64,000 nucleotides of DNA, taken from assembly GCF_009914755.1 (NCBI RefSeq), contig NC_060933.1, one strand, 5' to 3'. The position numbers and the translations under genes were made by a program. The first letter of the stretch is position 1, and every line of letters begins with the position of its first letter. Below are positions 12,381 through 25,321 of the stretch, in pieces. Under the pieces are notes generated by a model that saw only the letters and a program-made list of their open reading frames with translations, had not been told where the DNA came from and made no database searches. Origin of the DNA: the human T2T-CHM13v2.0 reference genome, Homo sapiens.

Positions 12381-12630
12381 CAGCATGGCACAATGATGAA
12401 GAATATGGGCTATGCAGCCAGAATGCTGGAGTTTAAATCCTGGCGAATAAATCATCTGTTTATACTTTATTTTCTTCACATAAAAAAAGGATGAAGATAA
12501 CAATGACAATAACAAAATTTAACAATAATATCACTTACTTTCTGGGGAAATTAGGAAAATCAAATGAGTTAATATATAAAGTACTTAGGACAGTGGTTAG
12601 CATAAATTAAATGCTCAGTTAATATTTCCT
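12381..12630 (+). mobile_element. MIR SINE
   Basis: cagcatggcacaatg...gccagaatgctggagtttaaatcctggc...aaatgagttaatatataaagtacttaggacagtg...aaatgctcagt. Confidence 0.65.
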
Positions 12631-12744
12631 AATATGAAGATTGCAGTTCCTGGTAACTGCATGTTTCTTGCCAAGGGCTCTTACTTGGTCACCTTCATGT
12701 ACTATTTTTAAAGTCCTCGGAGATATCAATGACCACATACTAAG

Positions 12745-13015
12745 ATCTCCATGTTTTGGCCCTGTCTCTGCCACTAATTATAATGTAACTTTGGCAAGTC
12801 ATTAGATTGTTGTTTCATCACTGGTGAAATCAGGGTGCTAGGCAATGTTGGTGATTCTTAATTGTTTTGAGGAGCTCAGAAACTCTCTTGATGCAACACT
12901 TTGTTCATGATTTCAGGGCTTCCACTGACACCTGGAAGCCATTCTGGGGTGTTAGGTTAAGAATCTCCAACTTACATGCTCTCTGATGGTTCTTCTGGCT
13001 CTGATTGTCTATGGT
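12745..13015 (+). mobile_element. MIR/MIR3 relic, apparently interrupted by a small hAT-type MITE (about 12848-12969)
   Basis: ctctgccactaattataatgtaactttggcaagtcatt core; internal segment ending aggttaagaatctcc; MIR3-like tail ggttcttctggctctgattgtctatg. Confidence 0.35.
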
Positions 13016-13467
13016 GTTTAGTTTCATGGAAATGGCCCCATTCTTATGATTCCTGACCTATCAAAAAGGGGAAAGATAAGTTCAGGAAGCAACTCTTCTT
13101 CATGGAAGATTTCTCTGTTTTCCATCTTACTGGAGACTGAGTTTCCTAATTAAATGTCTTGCACATACTTTCAATTCTTGGTACACTCAGGAATTGGGAA
13201 TTCAACAGAACTTATTTATATGCTAATTTGCTACAGAGGACTGTACTTTCTCAATTCCAAAGGAACAAGAGATACTCTGCTTCCTGCTTTCTGGCATCCA
13301 CTGGAGTCTAAGGTGGCCTGAACACAGCCAGGGTGCCAAATGCCCTGGAAAACAAAGCCTGGCCCAGAGCACCACAATGAACCAGGTGGCAGTGGGACCA
13401 GGATGGTGCTAACTACCAAACATGATGTCCTACACAACTAGTATGTGCTTCTAGAAACTACTTACAG

Positions 13468-13725
13468 CTGTGTGTCTTAGAGTGTGGCCCGGGAATTACT
13501 GCCCCCAGATCATCTGGGTGTATGCTCAAAATAATGATTGCCAAACAGGACCTCTGTGTTACATGCTATGTGAGTGGCCATGCTGAAGTTGGGCAACCTG
13601 GGATAACAGTGTTCTGGTGACTGACTCCAAGCATACTAGTGAGAATTTATGAATGTGGAGCCTAGGAATCTGCATTTTCAAAGGCATCAAATGATTCTCA
13701 TGTGTTCTCAAGTTTAGAACCTTTG
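13468..13725. mobile_element. MER5A-family hAT MITE carrying an ~80-bp insert
   Basis: agagtgtggccc...atcatctgggtg; ggagcctaggaatctgcattttcaaagg...tgattctcatg...aagtttagaacc. Confidence 0.6.
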
Positions 13726-13969
13726 TTATCCAAAACCTTGCTTGTGAACATATGGGGAAGGGATATGTCACTAAGAACACCCAATATTTTAGAACTTACA
13801 GTATTGCTTCCATCATGGTGGTATAATATGATCCAATCTATCAGATCTTGAAAGATAGAGATGATCATGGAAGCACTATAGAAAGTCTCAGAGCTTTGGT
13901 TTTCTCTGCAAATTGAGAATAATATGCCTATCTTTCAGGGTAGTTGAAGATTTAATTAAACAATGCCCC

Positions 13970-14829
<860 letters not shown>

Positions 14830-16029
14830 AAAATTAATTTTTTTAAAAAAGGTACTTTAGTGACTTCCCTCAACACCAATCTGTTCTGAGCAAGAAAAAG
14901 TAGGTTTAAAGCCACCAGTCTAATACTTTAATATGCCAAGTTATCATTCTGCTTAGTTTTTATTTTAATGAGTATTGACCATGAAATTCTATTTCACTAG
15001 AACAGTTGCCAAAACTCTCATCACCCCAATCAGCATATAAATCAAAGGAGAAATATCTGGTCAAAGTGTCATTATCAAAATGTATCAGTAATTTGTTTCT
15101 GAAATGGGAGGAGGAAATATCCTTGATCAGCAGAAAACAAAATCGGAGAAGTCTATAACCTACTGGTGAACTTTTTCATGCGGCAGGGTTTCTGCATCGA
15201 TTGTTATGTACTTTGTCTACTCCATCAGGTCATGAATGATGCATGCTGCAACAAGAAATTCAGCTATACAGCTCTCTGCTGCTGATTGAAACAGAGAGGA
15301 CTGTTCAAGAGCAGAGAAACATATCTTTACTTTGCTTTTAGCTCTGCACCAGGTTGTGGAACAAATCCACTGCAATTTCTGTAAGCTTTGTTCTCTAAAT
15401 TCTCTTGGGCCAGATTTCTTATCAGATGTATTTTCCTTTTTTAAAAAAAAATCTAAACAACACAAAATCATAACAAGATATTTTAGAAGAACAACATTTG
15501 CAAAATTCTGAGTTGCTGAATATTCACTGTCAACTGATACCCATGCAAATAAAAACGTATTCACTTTTTTTAAAAATGATGAGGTTTGGAGAGGATGACA
15601 GGATAAAAAGAGATGTTTAATTTCTGAAATTATCTTTTTAGTGTGGTGATTATGTTTGTATAATATAAACATAAATCTTTGTCTCTGTAGCTAGTCTGAA
15701 CAGAAATCTAATTTTTCTCATCGTATCTGCAGCACTCTCTATCCTAGAGTGGGGCTGGAGCTTTTTTCAACACAACTGATGGGCTTAAAATATACAGACT
15801 ATTATTCAGTATATGTCAAAACCATAACTGCTGCTTTAAAAGATTTCTTATCAGCTCTAAGGTTGTTACAACCCTGTATTAGTGAGTCTCTAGAGAAAAA
15901 ATGGAATGAGTCCAATGGGACCTCATCATAGAGGGCATGGGAGCCTGGTGACCTTCAATCTAGTGGACAGCAAGGAGCCTTACAAGGCTTTAGTTTTTAG
16001 TCTTCAGGGGTGATGAGTCAAAGAGCACT

Positions 16030-16303
16030 GATTGTCCCCCAGTATGTAGGTATGAGTTAGTTTGAGCCAATGAGATGTGAGTGGCAGTCACATGTACATT
16101 TCTGGGCCATCTCCTTGCCTTGGTCTCCCTGTTTCTCCCTTCCTTGGGAAAGAGGCCACCTTAGAAGCCGTGTTTTGAGGGTAACGGAACCTCCTGCAAG
16201 CCCTGGACTGTTCCTCAAGAAAGAAATAAAACATTCTTTTATTTGAGGCACTGTATTTGGGAATCTTTTGATTACAAAAGTATAGCCTGCACCTTAACTA
16301 ATA
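16030..16303 (+). mobile_element. Old MLT1 (H/I/J-type) LTR fragment
   Basis: gccaatgagatgtgagtggcagtcacatgtacatttctgggcc; gaaagaaataaaacattc...; gcaccttaactaata. Confidence 0.55.
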
Positions 16304-16589
16304 AAAATGGCTTCATATAAGATAGTGTTTAGGAAATGAGCTTAGCTGTGGGTAATTAAGAATGCCTGGGGCCATAAATAGCAAATGATGAGAGATTGTT
16401 AGAAGGCTATCTACATGAGACTACAATCTTGACAATGAAATGAATAATATTAAACTGCCCAGAAAATCAAGAAATTTACAACAGGGAATTGTAATCCACA
16501 TCCCACATCCTTTGCTAAAGATTCCTAATTATGCAAGACCAAATTAGTGCATTCTAGCAATCTTTGTCCACTGACTTGGTAGTAGAGTG

Positions 16590-16810
16590 ATTAGAGATAT
16601 GGAACAGAAAGAGAATTGACTTTAGTGCCAAACAGAGCTGGGTTTGAATCCAACTCTGCCACTTAGTAAATATAGGGTGCTGAGAGATTCATTTAACACT
16701 CCTGAACCTGCAATGTAAGTGGAGATACTAATAACCGCCTGTGACATGAGGATGCAGGTGGAGCCTCTAGAACAGGATGTGGTTCACATAGAGGGAATCA
16801 ATACACTTCA
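16590..16810 (+). mobile_element. MIR SINE
   Basis: gactttagtgccaaacagagctgggtttgaatccaactctgccacttagta...catttaacactcctgaacct. Confidence 0.55.
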
Positions 16811-17319
16811 GGTCTTTCTCTCTCTCCTTTACTCCTTCAAGGAGACATCACAGAAGTCCTCTTAGTGCCAGGAAAGTAAAAAAGAAATGGGTAAGAGGAA
16901 CAAGTAGGAAATGGGATTCAGATGTTTTTGGTACTGGGTCTCTTGATTAGGTATTGGGTGGTAGAACTCATAGGCCCAGACCTGTAAGAGATATTTTCAG
17001 AGAGGAGCTAATTGAAACCAAAGTCATAAAACATATGTCCATCTGATTTCTTTATATAGGAAAGCCCAAACATTTCAGATCTAGTTTCCAGGAGTTTATG
17101 GAACACCTTCATTGATGGCAAATTCTACATTTTTGAGATTTCTCTATTTGTCATTACAGTTGGTCAGCATCAAGGCCACAGTTTGCTTTTAGGGTGGTCA
17201 TGAATTAATTTTTTTAAGTTAAGATAGTTAAACCTATCATTATTTCTACAAAGCATTTTGTCTTAGATTTGCCTATTTATATTTCCCTGTGAGCATGTCT
17301 TTCCATTCATCTCTTCGAT

Positions 17320-17560
17320 AGTTAACACTTATTAAGCACTTACCATGTGCCAGATCTCCCATTTAAATCACCTAGTAAATACAATATTAACTCACTTAAT
17401 CCTCCCAATAACCCAAGAGGCAGGTACCATTACTGCCCCATTCCATAGACAGGAAAATGCAGGATAGATGGATTCAGTTGTGGGTCCAATATCACACAGT
17501 TCTTGGGTTGCAGAATCAAGAGCTGGACCCAACCCGTCTGACTCCAGAGCTTGTGCAGTA
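17320..17560 (-). mobile_element. MIR SINE
   Basis: aacacttattaagcacttaccatgtgccaga...ctcacttaatcctcccaataaccc...gtctgactccagagc. Confidence 0.75.
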
Positions 17561-17593
17561 ATAGTGCCTAAAATAAGGCACAATATCATGCAT

Positions 17594-18087
17594 TGTTGAA
17601 GGCCGAAAGAGTGAGGGTCGTAATCAACTCAGTATACCACTGGAGGCTATGTGAGTAAACAGCAAACTGCTCTCACGAAAGCAGGATGTTGGAAAACTGA
17701 CAAACTGCATCTGCTGCCCACAAGGAATGCTGAGGGCAGTCACAACCAAGGCACAAGTGTTTCTTGTGATTAGACACATCTGAAGCCTGTTAGCAATAAT
17801 GTGAACTTGTGATCAATTAAGCAGCTGACCAGTCATTACCTCCTCCTCCCTACTCTTTCTACCCAGTAAAAAAGAAGGGCTGAAGAAGCTCGAGGTGGCT
17901 GCCTTTGCTCACTAGAAGCAGGGAGCCATCTTCCCCGGCCCCTTCCTTTAAAACAGTTTCCTTTGTCTTAAGTTTTCATTTCTGTGTTCATTCCCCTTTG
18001 TTCAGTCTCATAACGACAGTCTCAAGTAGTAACAGTAGTAACTGTCGTAGTGATGGTCTCAAGTAGTAATTGTGGCAGTCAGACATA
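17594..18087 (+). mobile_element. HERV-K(HML-6)/LTR3-like solo LTR
   Basis: tgttgaaggccgaaagagtgagggtcgtaatcaactcagtataccactggaggcta...gcagctgaccagtcattacctcctcc; 6-bp TSD atgcat (17588-17593) and gtgcat (18088-18093). Confidence 0.75.
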
Positions 18088-19369
18088 GTGCATGAAAACA
18101 AAAATAATACTAAAACTTCGAACAGAAGACTATAAAAGCAGAAATCAAGTCATAAAGATGAGAATGAACGGGAGGAGGAGAGGTGAGACTTGGAAAAACA
18201 GGCTTAATGCAAGACCCTAAATTTGAGCCAAAGTCTTACTTTTGAACTTCTTGGCTATCAAGGCCAAAAGGAAAGTAGGACATGTGACGGTTCAAACTAC
18301 ATAGTAAAAGGAAGACCAGTAGTCTCAAAGAAAAACATATTGTATCCTTCTTAGCCCTTTATTTAATTTTCCAGTTCTGAGCTTGAGAAAGTGTAGAAGT
18401 CTCATCAGTGATTAGTTCCTGACAACTATCTAATTACTTTAATTTTGCTGGCCAGAGATGGAGCTTCAGCTACTGCTGATGTTCCAAAATGCCCATTGAT
18501 ATTTTCTTGAGTAAGAAAAGCAAGCTACAATATTCCTCCCTGTTCCATTCCATAGATTATCAATAAAAAAAAAACCCAATTTATTTAGAAAATGTTATTT
18601 CTTGCATTGCGTAATATTAAAGCACAGAGCTTTGCTTTTCAAGCTGGCAGCTTATATATGACAGGAACGCCATGATGCACAAATTAATTATTTAATTAAA
18701 AAAAACAGAAAAATATTGCTGAGATAATGTCAAGAAAAGAATGCTGAATTTTACAGTGGTACAAAGGCATTTATGATTATCTTACTTTTATTTCCCTGGG
18801 TAGTTATTTAAAAAGCTGGAAAAGCACTAATCTAAGGAAAAGGATATACTTCTATCATATAAAATTATTCAAATTTCAACTTTCATTGCTGGATTTTTTT
18901 CTGTATAAAGAATACATCTTTTGATTCTATTAAATTGGAGCTTTTCAGTCATAATAAGTAACTTCAAGAGTTACAACACGCTTTTTTCTCTGACTAAAAG
19001 AGGCTAGCGGAACCATGATTATTGTTAACAATATAATTCACCAGCCCGCAATTAATTCTATTTTAGTAACTACCAGAACAGGTAAGGCATATATGGTTAT
19101 CTCTTATTTAAATTATTGTCCAAATATTTTACTATTTTCCGTGCATAAGGCAAGCAGTCTGTGCAGCTGTTTCTCATAGTCTTTTACCCTGATAGGTATC
19201 TGAATAAACCAGTTACTAAGGAGAGAATTTCCTGTTAAAGATCTTTGCTTATTCCTGTTCATCTAATATTTATTTTATGTTTTAAAGGAGAAAAGAATAT
19301 GACTTGGGGTCATTTTACTCTCTGACTTTGAAGAGTTGAGAGTTTTGGTTTTCTTGGGCCCTATTATGT

Positions 19370-19655
19370 TAATGGGAACATGGGCAGCAGACTTCAGCAT
19401 CAGATTCCCAGTGTCCACATCCTGCTCTCTCTTTAGCGAGGTATTAGGCTGGTACAAAAGTAATTGCGGTTTTTGCCATTACTTTTAATGGCAAAAGTAC
19501 TTAACACCCTCCTGCTTCAGGTACTTTTCTATCTAAAATAATGATGATAGAAGTTTCTTCCTCACAGGGTGGTTGTAAGCATTAAAAGAGATGACACCTG
19601 TAAAGTACTCAGAGGAGTGCATAGTCATAGTGAAATATTACATAGTACATTCTCA
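19370..19655 (+). mobile_element. MIR SINE interrupted by MADE1
   Basis: gtacttaac...cctcacagggtggttgtaagcattaaaagagatgacacctgtaaagtactcaga. Confidence 0.6.
19444..19496. mobile_element. MADE1 (Hsmar1-derived MITE), right arm truncated
   Basis: TA followed by ttaggctggtacaaaagtaattgcggtttttgccattacttttaatggcaaaa. Confidence 0.85.
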
Positions 19656-19938
19656 GTAATTATTCTTGTTGTACTTATTACTAAAAACATAGAGACCTGG
19701 CAATTCTGGATGCAAACAGAATTCATCAGTAGGTCACTGTGTTCATTTAAGGATAACTCTTCCTGGGAAAGGCTAACTTGAAATAACCCTTTTTAAGGAG
19801 AAAAAAACATTTTATCATAAAAAGTGAGGGTGAAAAGTTTGAATGAGACTTTAACCAATAATAAAGAAATTCAAATTATGGAAATAATTTATTTTATGCT
19901 ATATGTCAGAAATTTAAATTATAATTACATCTATATGC

Positions 19939-20015
19939 TGACTTCTAGAATTCAACAATTCTAGAAGTCACTGTCATTCTAGAAGTCATTGACTTCTAGT
20001 CATTCCACAATGACT
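19939..20015. repeat. Cluster of three adjoining inverted repeats
   Basis: tgacttctagaatt-caac-aattctagaagtca; ctagaagtca-t-tgacttctag; agtcatt-ccac-aatgact. Confidence 0.9.
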
Positions 20016-21043
20016 ACATTGCACTTGTTTTGTTTTCTGATTTGTTTTAGGTTTTTGTTTCTGGTTGGTTGCATCAAGATTATTGATATTCAAGTAATTC
20101 AATTTTGAAGAGTCTATCCTTAGATTTCTTTTCTCCTTCAATTCTTGACTCAGCTAACTCAAACAGATTATCATTTGTTTATGGCTTTGCACAAGATTCG
20201 AGCCTTTCACCAACAAGACTGCCATCAGTGAAATTTCACATATTGAAGCATTTCCAATTTAACTCTGAAATTTGTTTGCATTGCATTTTGTTCTGTGTTT
20301 AAGTAGATAAGATGTCAAGTGGAGGGGGTTGAGTAGGGGCTAATGTTAGAAGTGGTCAGCTCATTTTTGAATATTTGTACATATCTTTACTTCTCTATGC
20401 AAACTTGTTCCCATGTGGATTTCGATAATAAATCCTCTGAAAACAACTATCCCCTCTCCTGTGCTATTTGGTAGACTGAATTTAAATATACGTCTGTTGT
20501 ATCTTTAAAAACCTATAAACATTTGCACATCATAAGTCAAGCTTTACTTGAAAAAGCCATCTAATGAGCAGCTTGTGAGTCATAAGTAAATCACAAACAA
20601 TAGATACCTGGGCCATTTATCTAAATAATATTTGCGCAAAAGTAAATATTAAAGCAAAATGTTTTCTTATTCCAATTTAGGGAAAACTGTAACTCTATTG
20701 GCATAAGGTTTATAATAGGATCTTGATGAACAGAAATACTGTACACTATTCTTAATTGTAATGTTCATGTCAACGGAGTGCATTAAGAGTAAATATTAGC
20801 TAGAAACATGGTAACTTGTTCCTCTACATGAAACACAAACAGGACAGAGATGGAAATCACTGGTCATAGCAAAAGGACCAAACTTTAGTCCCAATCCTTG
20901 ATTTTTTTGTTGTTGTAGTTTTATGGTTTCATTGAGATATATTTAAGATACAGTTAAGTACCAACTGTACGTTTACGTAAAACAAACCAATGAAAATGAA
21001 GAATGATTAGAATGTGCGGGGGAGGGGGAACAAAAAGACATAA

Positions 21044-21253
21044 CTAGTGGTGGGCTGGAGTCTGCTCACACAGGCTCAGGAGAGCTAATTGTTCAGTTTT
21101 CGGAAATTTTGCAAGACGGCTGTTTGTTAAACTGCGGTCAGCTCGAAATCAGACACAGGAGAGTATTTACACCATGAAACCAGAAAAACGCTATGAATCA
21201 GGGATTTTGTATTTTTCAGAGCTGGCTGTCAAACATTTACTAGCATATTACTG
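21044..21253. mobile_element. MER63A-like hAT MITE
   Basis: agtggtgggctggag...ggagagtatttacaccatgaaa...aaacgctatgaatcaggg...tttactagcatattactg. Confidence 0.75.
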
Positions 21254-22010
21254 AATTTTGTAATAAAAACCATGAACTAATGTGCCACAGAATGAAACTG
21301 CCATCCCTAGGAAGAGAAAAGCTTTCCTCTGCTCTTGGGTTCCTGGATTGGGTGGACAGTTCTTGGCAGCAGCCATCAGCTGGGAAAGGGAGGGCTGCCA
21401 CGCACCCAGGAATATACCTCTGCCAGTCACTGAAGATCAGTGTTCTGCTGCTGTTAGCATTCGCCACTTAGCACGATGAACAACACCCTCCCTCTTCCAT
21501 CTCAAAAGCGTTTGACAAGATTGTACCTTTCCCTGCACCAGAAATCAGGGGAGAAAGGCAGCTGAGTTGGGAGAGGAGAAAAGCTGGGGAAAAGCTAATG
21601 TCCTTTCCTCAACCTCATACAAATCTATATAGGGTTCTCAATATCACAGCTCTTGAGCTTTAAAAAGACAGCAATGCTCACGGCCCATCTTGGAAATGTG
21701 AATTGTATCTGTGGCTGGATCCCAGGCATTAGGTACAGTGTGATTGAGAATCACTCACAAGGATCACTGAATAGAGCAAAAACTAGACTACAAACTCAAA
21801 GGCATCAGGGACCTGCCTTGTTTACCATCCTTTCTCTAATAACAGTTTCCAGGGCATACACTTTTTCAAAAACAGGAGAATCAATTTCCCTGAGATTCAA
21901 ACACACATTTTCTACACTACAAACACTTGGCCTAAACAAGGGTTTCTTACGCCATTAACAGGTTATAGTCTTTCTTCCCTTTCAACTCCAGGCTGTAGAG
22001 CCCTCTCCTG

Positions 22011-22204
22011 TAGAGGTTCTAAATCCTGGCCATGCACTAGGATCAACCAAATAAATTCATACACCTAAACAGGAAAATACAGATTCCTGGGCTCCTTCTC
22101 TAACTTCCTGAATCAAAATCCCGTATTAGTGCCCAGGAATCCAGGAATCTACGTTTCGAAGTTTCCAAATAACTCAGAAGTACTTCTAGGTTTGGAAATC
22201 ACTG
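22011..22204. mobile_element. MER5-family hAT MITE
   Basis: aaaatacagattcctgggctcc...ctgaatcaaaatc...gcccaggaatc...ggtttggaaatcactg. Confidence 0.65.
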
Positions 22205-22914
22205 GTTTAAAACACCAGACACTACCAAAGCCCATCCTCCCTCCAAAGATTACTGAAGGGGTTAGGGACAAACGTTATTACCTGTTGGCCAGTTCGCAAA
22301 ACTCTTTCTCTAAGCTTCATCATTTGACTCATCATCACACACTCCTCAATCCCATTTCAGGTCATCTCTTTCTCACATAGATATACATATCCTATGTGAA
22401 TTCATTTTTCTTTCCACTCTTTCTTCCAGGAAACAGTGGGTGTATCACTTTGTTCTGAATTGTACATAAATGCTATAGGCTAGAACTGCAAGATGTTTGA
22501 AGTTTGAGGTACCAAAAAGTACTATAAACATGAGTTCCTCTTTAGCAACACCACACCTAACTGAAAGCTTCTCACCTGTGCTCCTGTAACACCCGTTTTT
22601 ACCCACACTCTGCCCGCACTAGTGGACGGTAGAGACCGTGAAGACAGAGAGAGAGGCATGCAGCCACACTCACCTGAGGCAGGTGTACACAACAGGCACT
22701 ATAGGCACTCCATATGTGCTTGATAAACTGAACTACTTATTGTTGCTAGATTCTATGTAAATCAGTTTCCTTTATACTTTCAATATGTTATAACATATTA
22801 ATTCAACTCATAATCATTTGTTTTTGTCTTTTTTTTTTTTTTTTTCCTATCTCAGCACAGTTTTTCAAATGGTAGCCAACCACACAAGCTTCTTGGTGTA
22901 CAGCTGGCTGGAGT

Positions 22915-23480
22915 ATACTGGTCAAAAATTTTAAATGCAGATATCTTTTGAGCTAGCAACTCCGTCTCTAGAAAATCATCATACACATATATGTGCGCTT
23001 GTGGGCAAAAACATACTTGGGAGGAATTTTTGTATTGGGGAATTTTTAAAACAATATTGTTTGCAAAATAGTACAGATAAACTGCAAACATCTAGAAACC
23101 ATCCTCTTTAGATGATTTGTTACATAATTAAGAAACATCTTTGAAACGAAATATACAGATATGCTAAAAAATGAGACAGAGAAGGGTATCTTTGTGCTGA
23201 TATGAAATTTTCTCCTAGGTATAATTTTATGTGGAAATAAAGGAAGATGCAGAACAATATGTAAAGTATCTTCCCATGTGTATAAATACACACTTTTGTT
23301 TATACATAGTAAAGTTTCTAGAAAGACATGAAAGGAATTTTTAATAGTAATTGCTTCTTGGGAGAAAGCATTTGGAATTAATTATTGGTGATGAGATGTT
23401 AACAATATTTTTCATGGAATGCTTTCTTATCCTCTAAAATTTTTGTCATGGCCTGTATTACTTCTTCAATTAATTATGTT
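22915..23480 (+). mobile_element. Old L1 (L1ME-type) 3' fragment
   Basis: tcaaaaattttaaatgcagatatcttttgagctagcaactcc; aaggaagatgcagaacaatatgtaaagtat; ttaatagtaattgcttcttggga. Confidence 0.55.
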
Positions 23481-24810
23481 ACAAAAATTTTAGAACTCAC
23501 CATAATTAAAAACAGAGTTTTAAAGTAGTGAGTCTTGTATGCATAGATGTAGGTATAACATTTTGTTAAATAAGCATTTTCAATGTTAAAGGGATCACAA
23601 AAAGCATCTTCCCCTAATAATCTTGCTTTTTAAATAGTATAAGAGTCTCTCTGCTGGCAAGGCCTAATGAGTATAAAATTTAGACTATGTGCCTAGAATT
23701 TTAGCTAAATATTTTCCAATTTCATTTCAATTTAGAGCATAATAAATGCAGAAAGAAATCAAATCAAAACAAGAAGCTAAGCAGATACAAAGGTAATAAG
23801 TGCCATGACTGTCACCTTTTCTGCCCTGGCATCCTAGGAAGCTAGTGCCAGTGGTCACAGCCTGCTTTCCCCACTGATCCTGGATGCAACCTCAGAATCC
23901 TTCTCAAGGAACTCACCACCAGTTGAATAGAATGAGCACTATTTTTTTTTTCCATATCAGACCTAAACTCTCTACCTTCATACCTGCCTTGAATTCTTGG
24001 GGAGGCAGGGGTGACAAGCTGCTGTGTTGAGGCTAGCTGTTGCGTTGAAGATTGTTCTGTTTGCACAATCCAAACATCTCAAAGGAGAGAGAATGTTTGA
24101 CTATATCTATCAGAGTTGGTGGCTGGAACTTGGGTAAACCACTAGAGTAATGCACAAGATGAGAAAACAAAAGTGCTCTCTATGGGAACAAAGTACCTCA
24201 GTTTGATCTATGGACAGTGGCAAGTTGCAGTTTAGAGTGAAGGAATGATTGTGAGGGTAGCATTCTGTGCTGTTCCCTCAGGATGGCTTCTGTCATAAGG
24301 AACTTGTGCCAATCTTTAAAGGAAAGGTGTGCTGTAATAAAGACCAGGCCAAATCAAAACTGTATCTCTGGAGGTGTGTGATCTCAGTTAAGTCAAATTA
24401 CCAGTGACTTCCAGGAGATTTGTTTATTTATTTGGTAAAGTACCTGGGTGTGAAGCAGTGATATCTAAAGTCCCTTTCATCTTGCATATTCAGAACTGTA
24501 CCCTCTGGTTGGAGATAAGCTGGAAAGTAAATAGTTCTTTATTAATAATGCATATGAGTCTTCCCAATGGAATGTAGTGCTTGGTTGTGCAAATTGCATC
24601 CATCTGCTTCCCTCCAGCTGGCTTAGTAGTCAACAGGGTTTGTCGGAGAGTCCAGGGGATGTGCTCACCAAGTGGTGCAAGTCCTCTTTCTGGGGTTGGA
24701 TTAGAAAGGCTCCTATATCCTGAAATGGACTTTCCGCACTGCCCACATTACCCCCAGTGGTCTTCTGGTCACCTTAGGAGAGCTCAGAAGGACTTAAAGG
24801 AGAATCTTTG

Positions 24811-25151
<341 letters not shown>

Positions 25152-25321
25152 GGGAGACTTTGTTCTCTACGATTCCCAGTCTAGTAATTGGAACGAGACA
25201 ACAGTAACACTAAAGGATGCTAGCACCCTAATGGTGGCAGGACCCATAGATAACTCGGAAAAGTTTTAGCTATAGCTTCCGTAAGCTCCCCAACCCCCAA
25301 CCAAACCAAATAAATATTACA

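Noticed and set aside
15217-15672. 151-aa minus-strand ORF, plus a possible 39-nt + strand micro-exon near 15342-15380
   Set aside because: No recognisable domain, composition reflects AT-rich DNA, the donor is weak, and there are no supporting neighbouring exons.
21240-21479. Four overlapping short ORFs on both strands
   Set aside because: Expected in a locally GC-richer patch with few stop codons; no protein similarity recognised.
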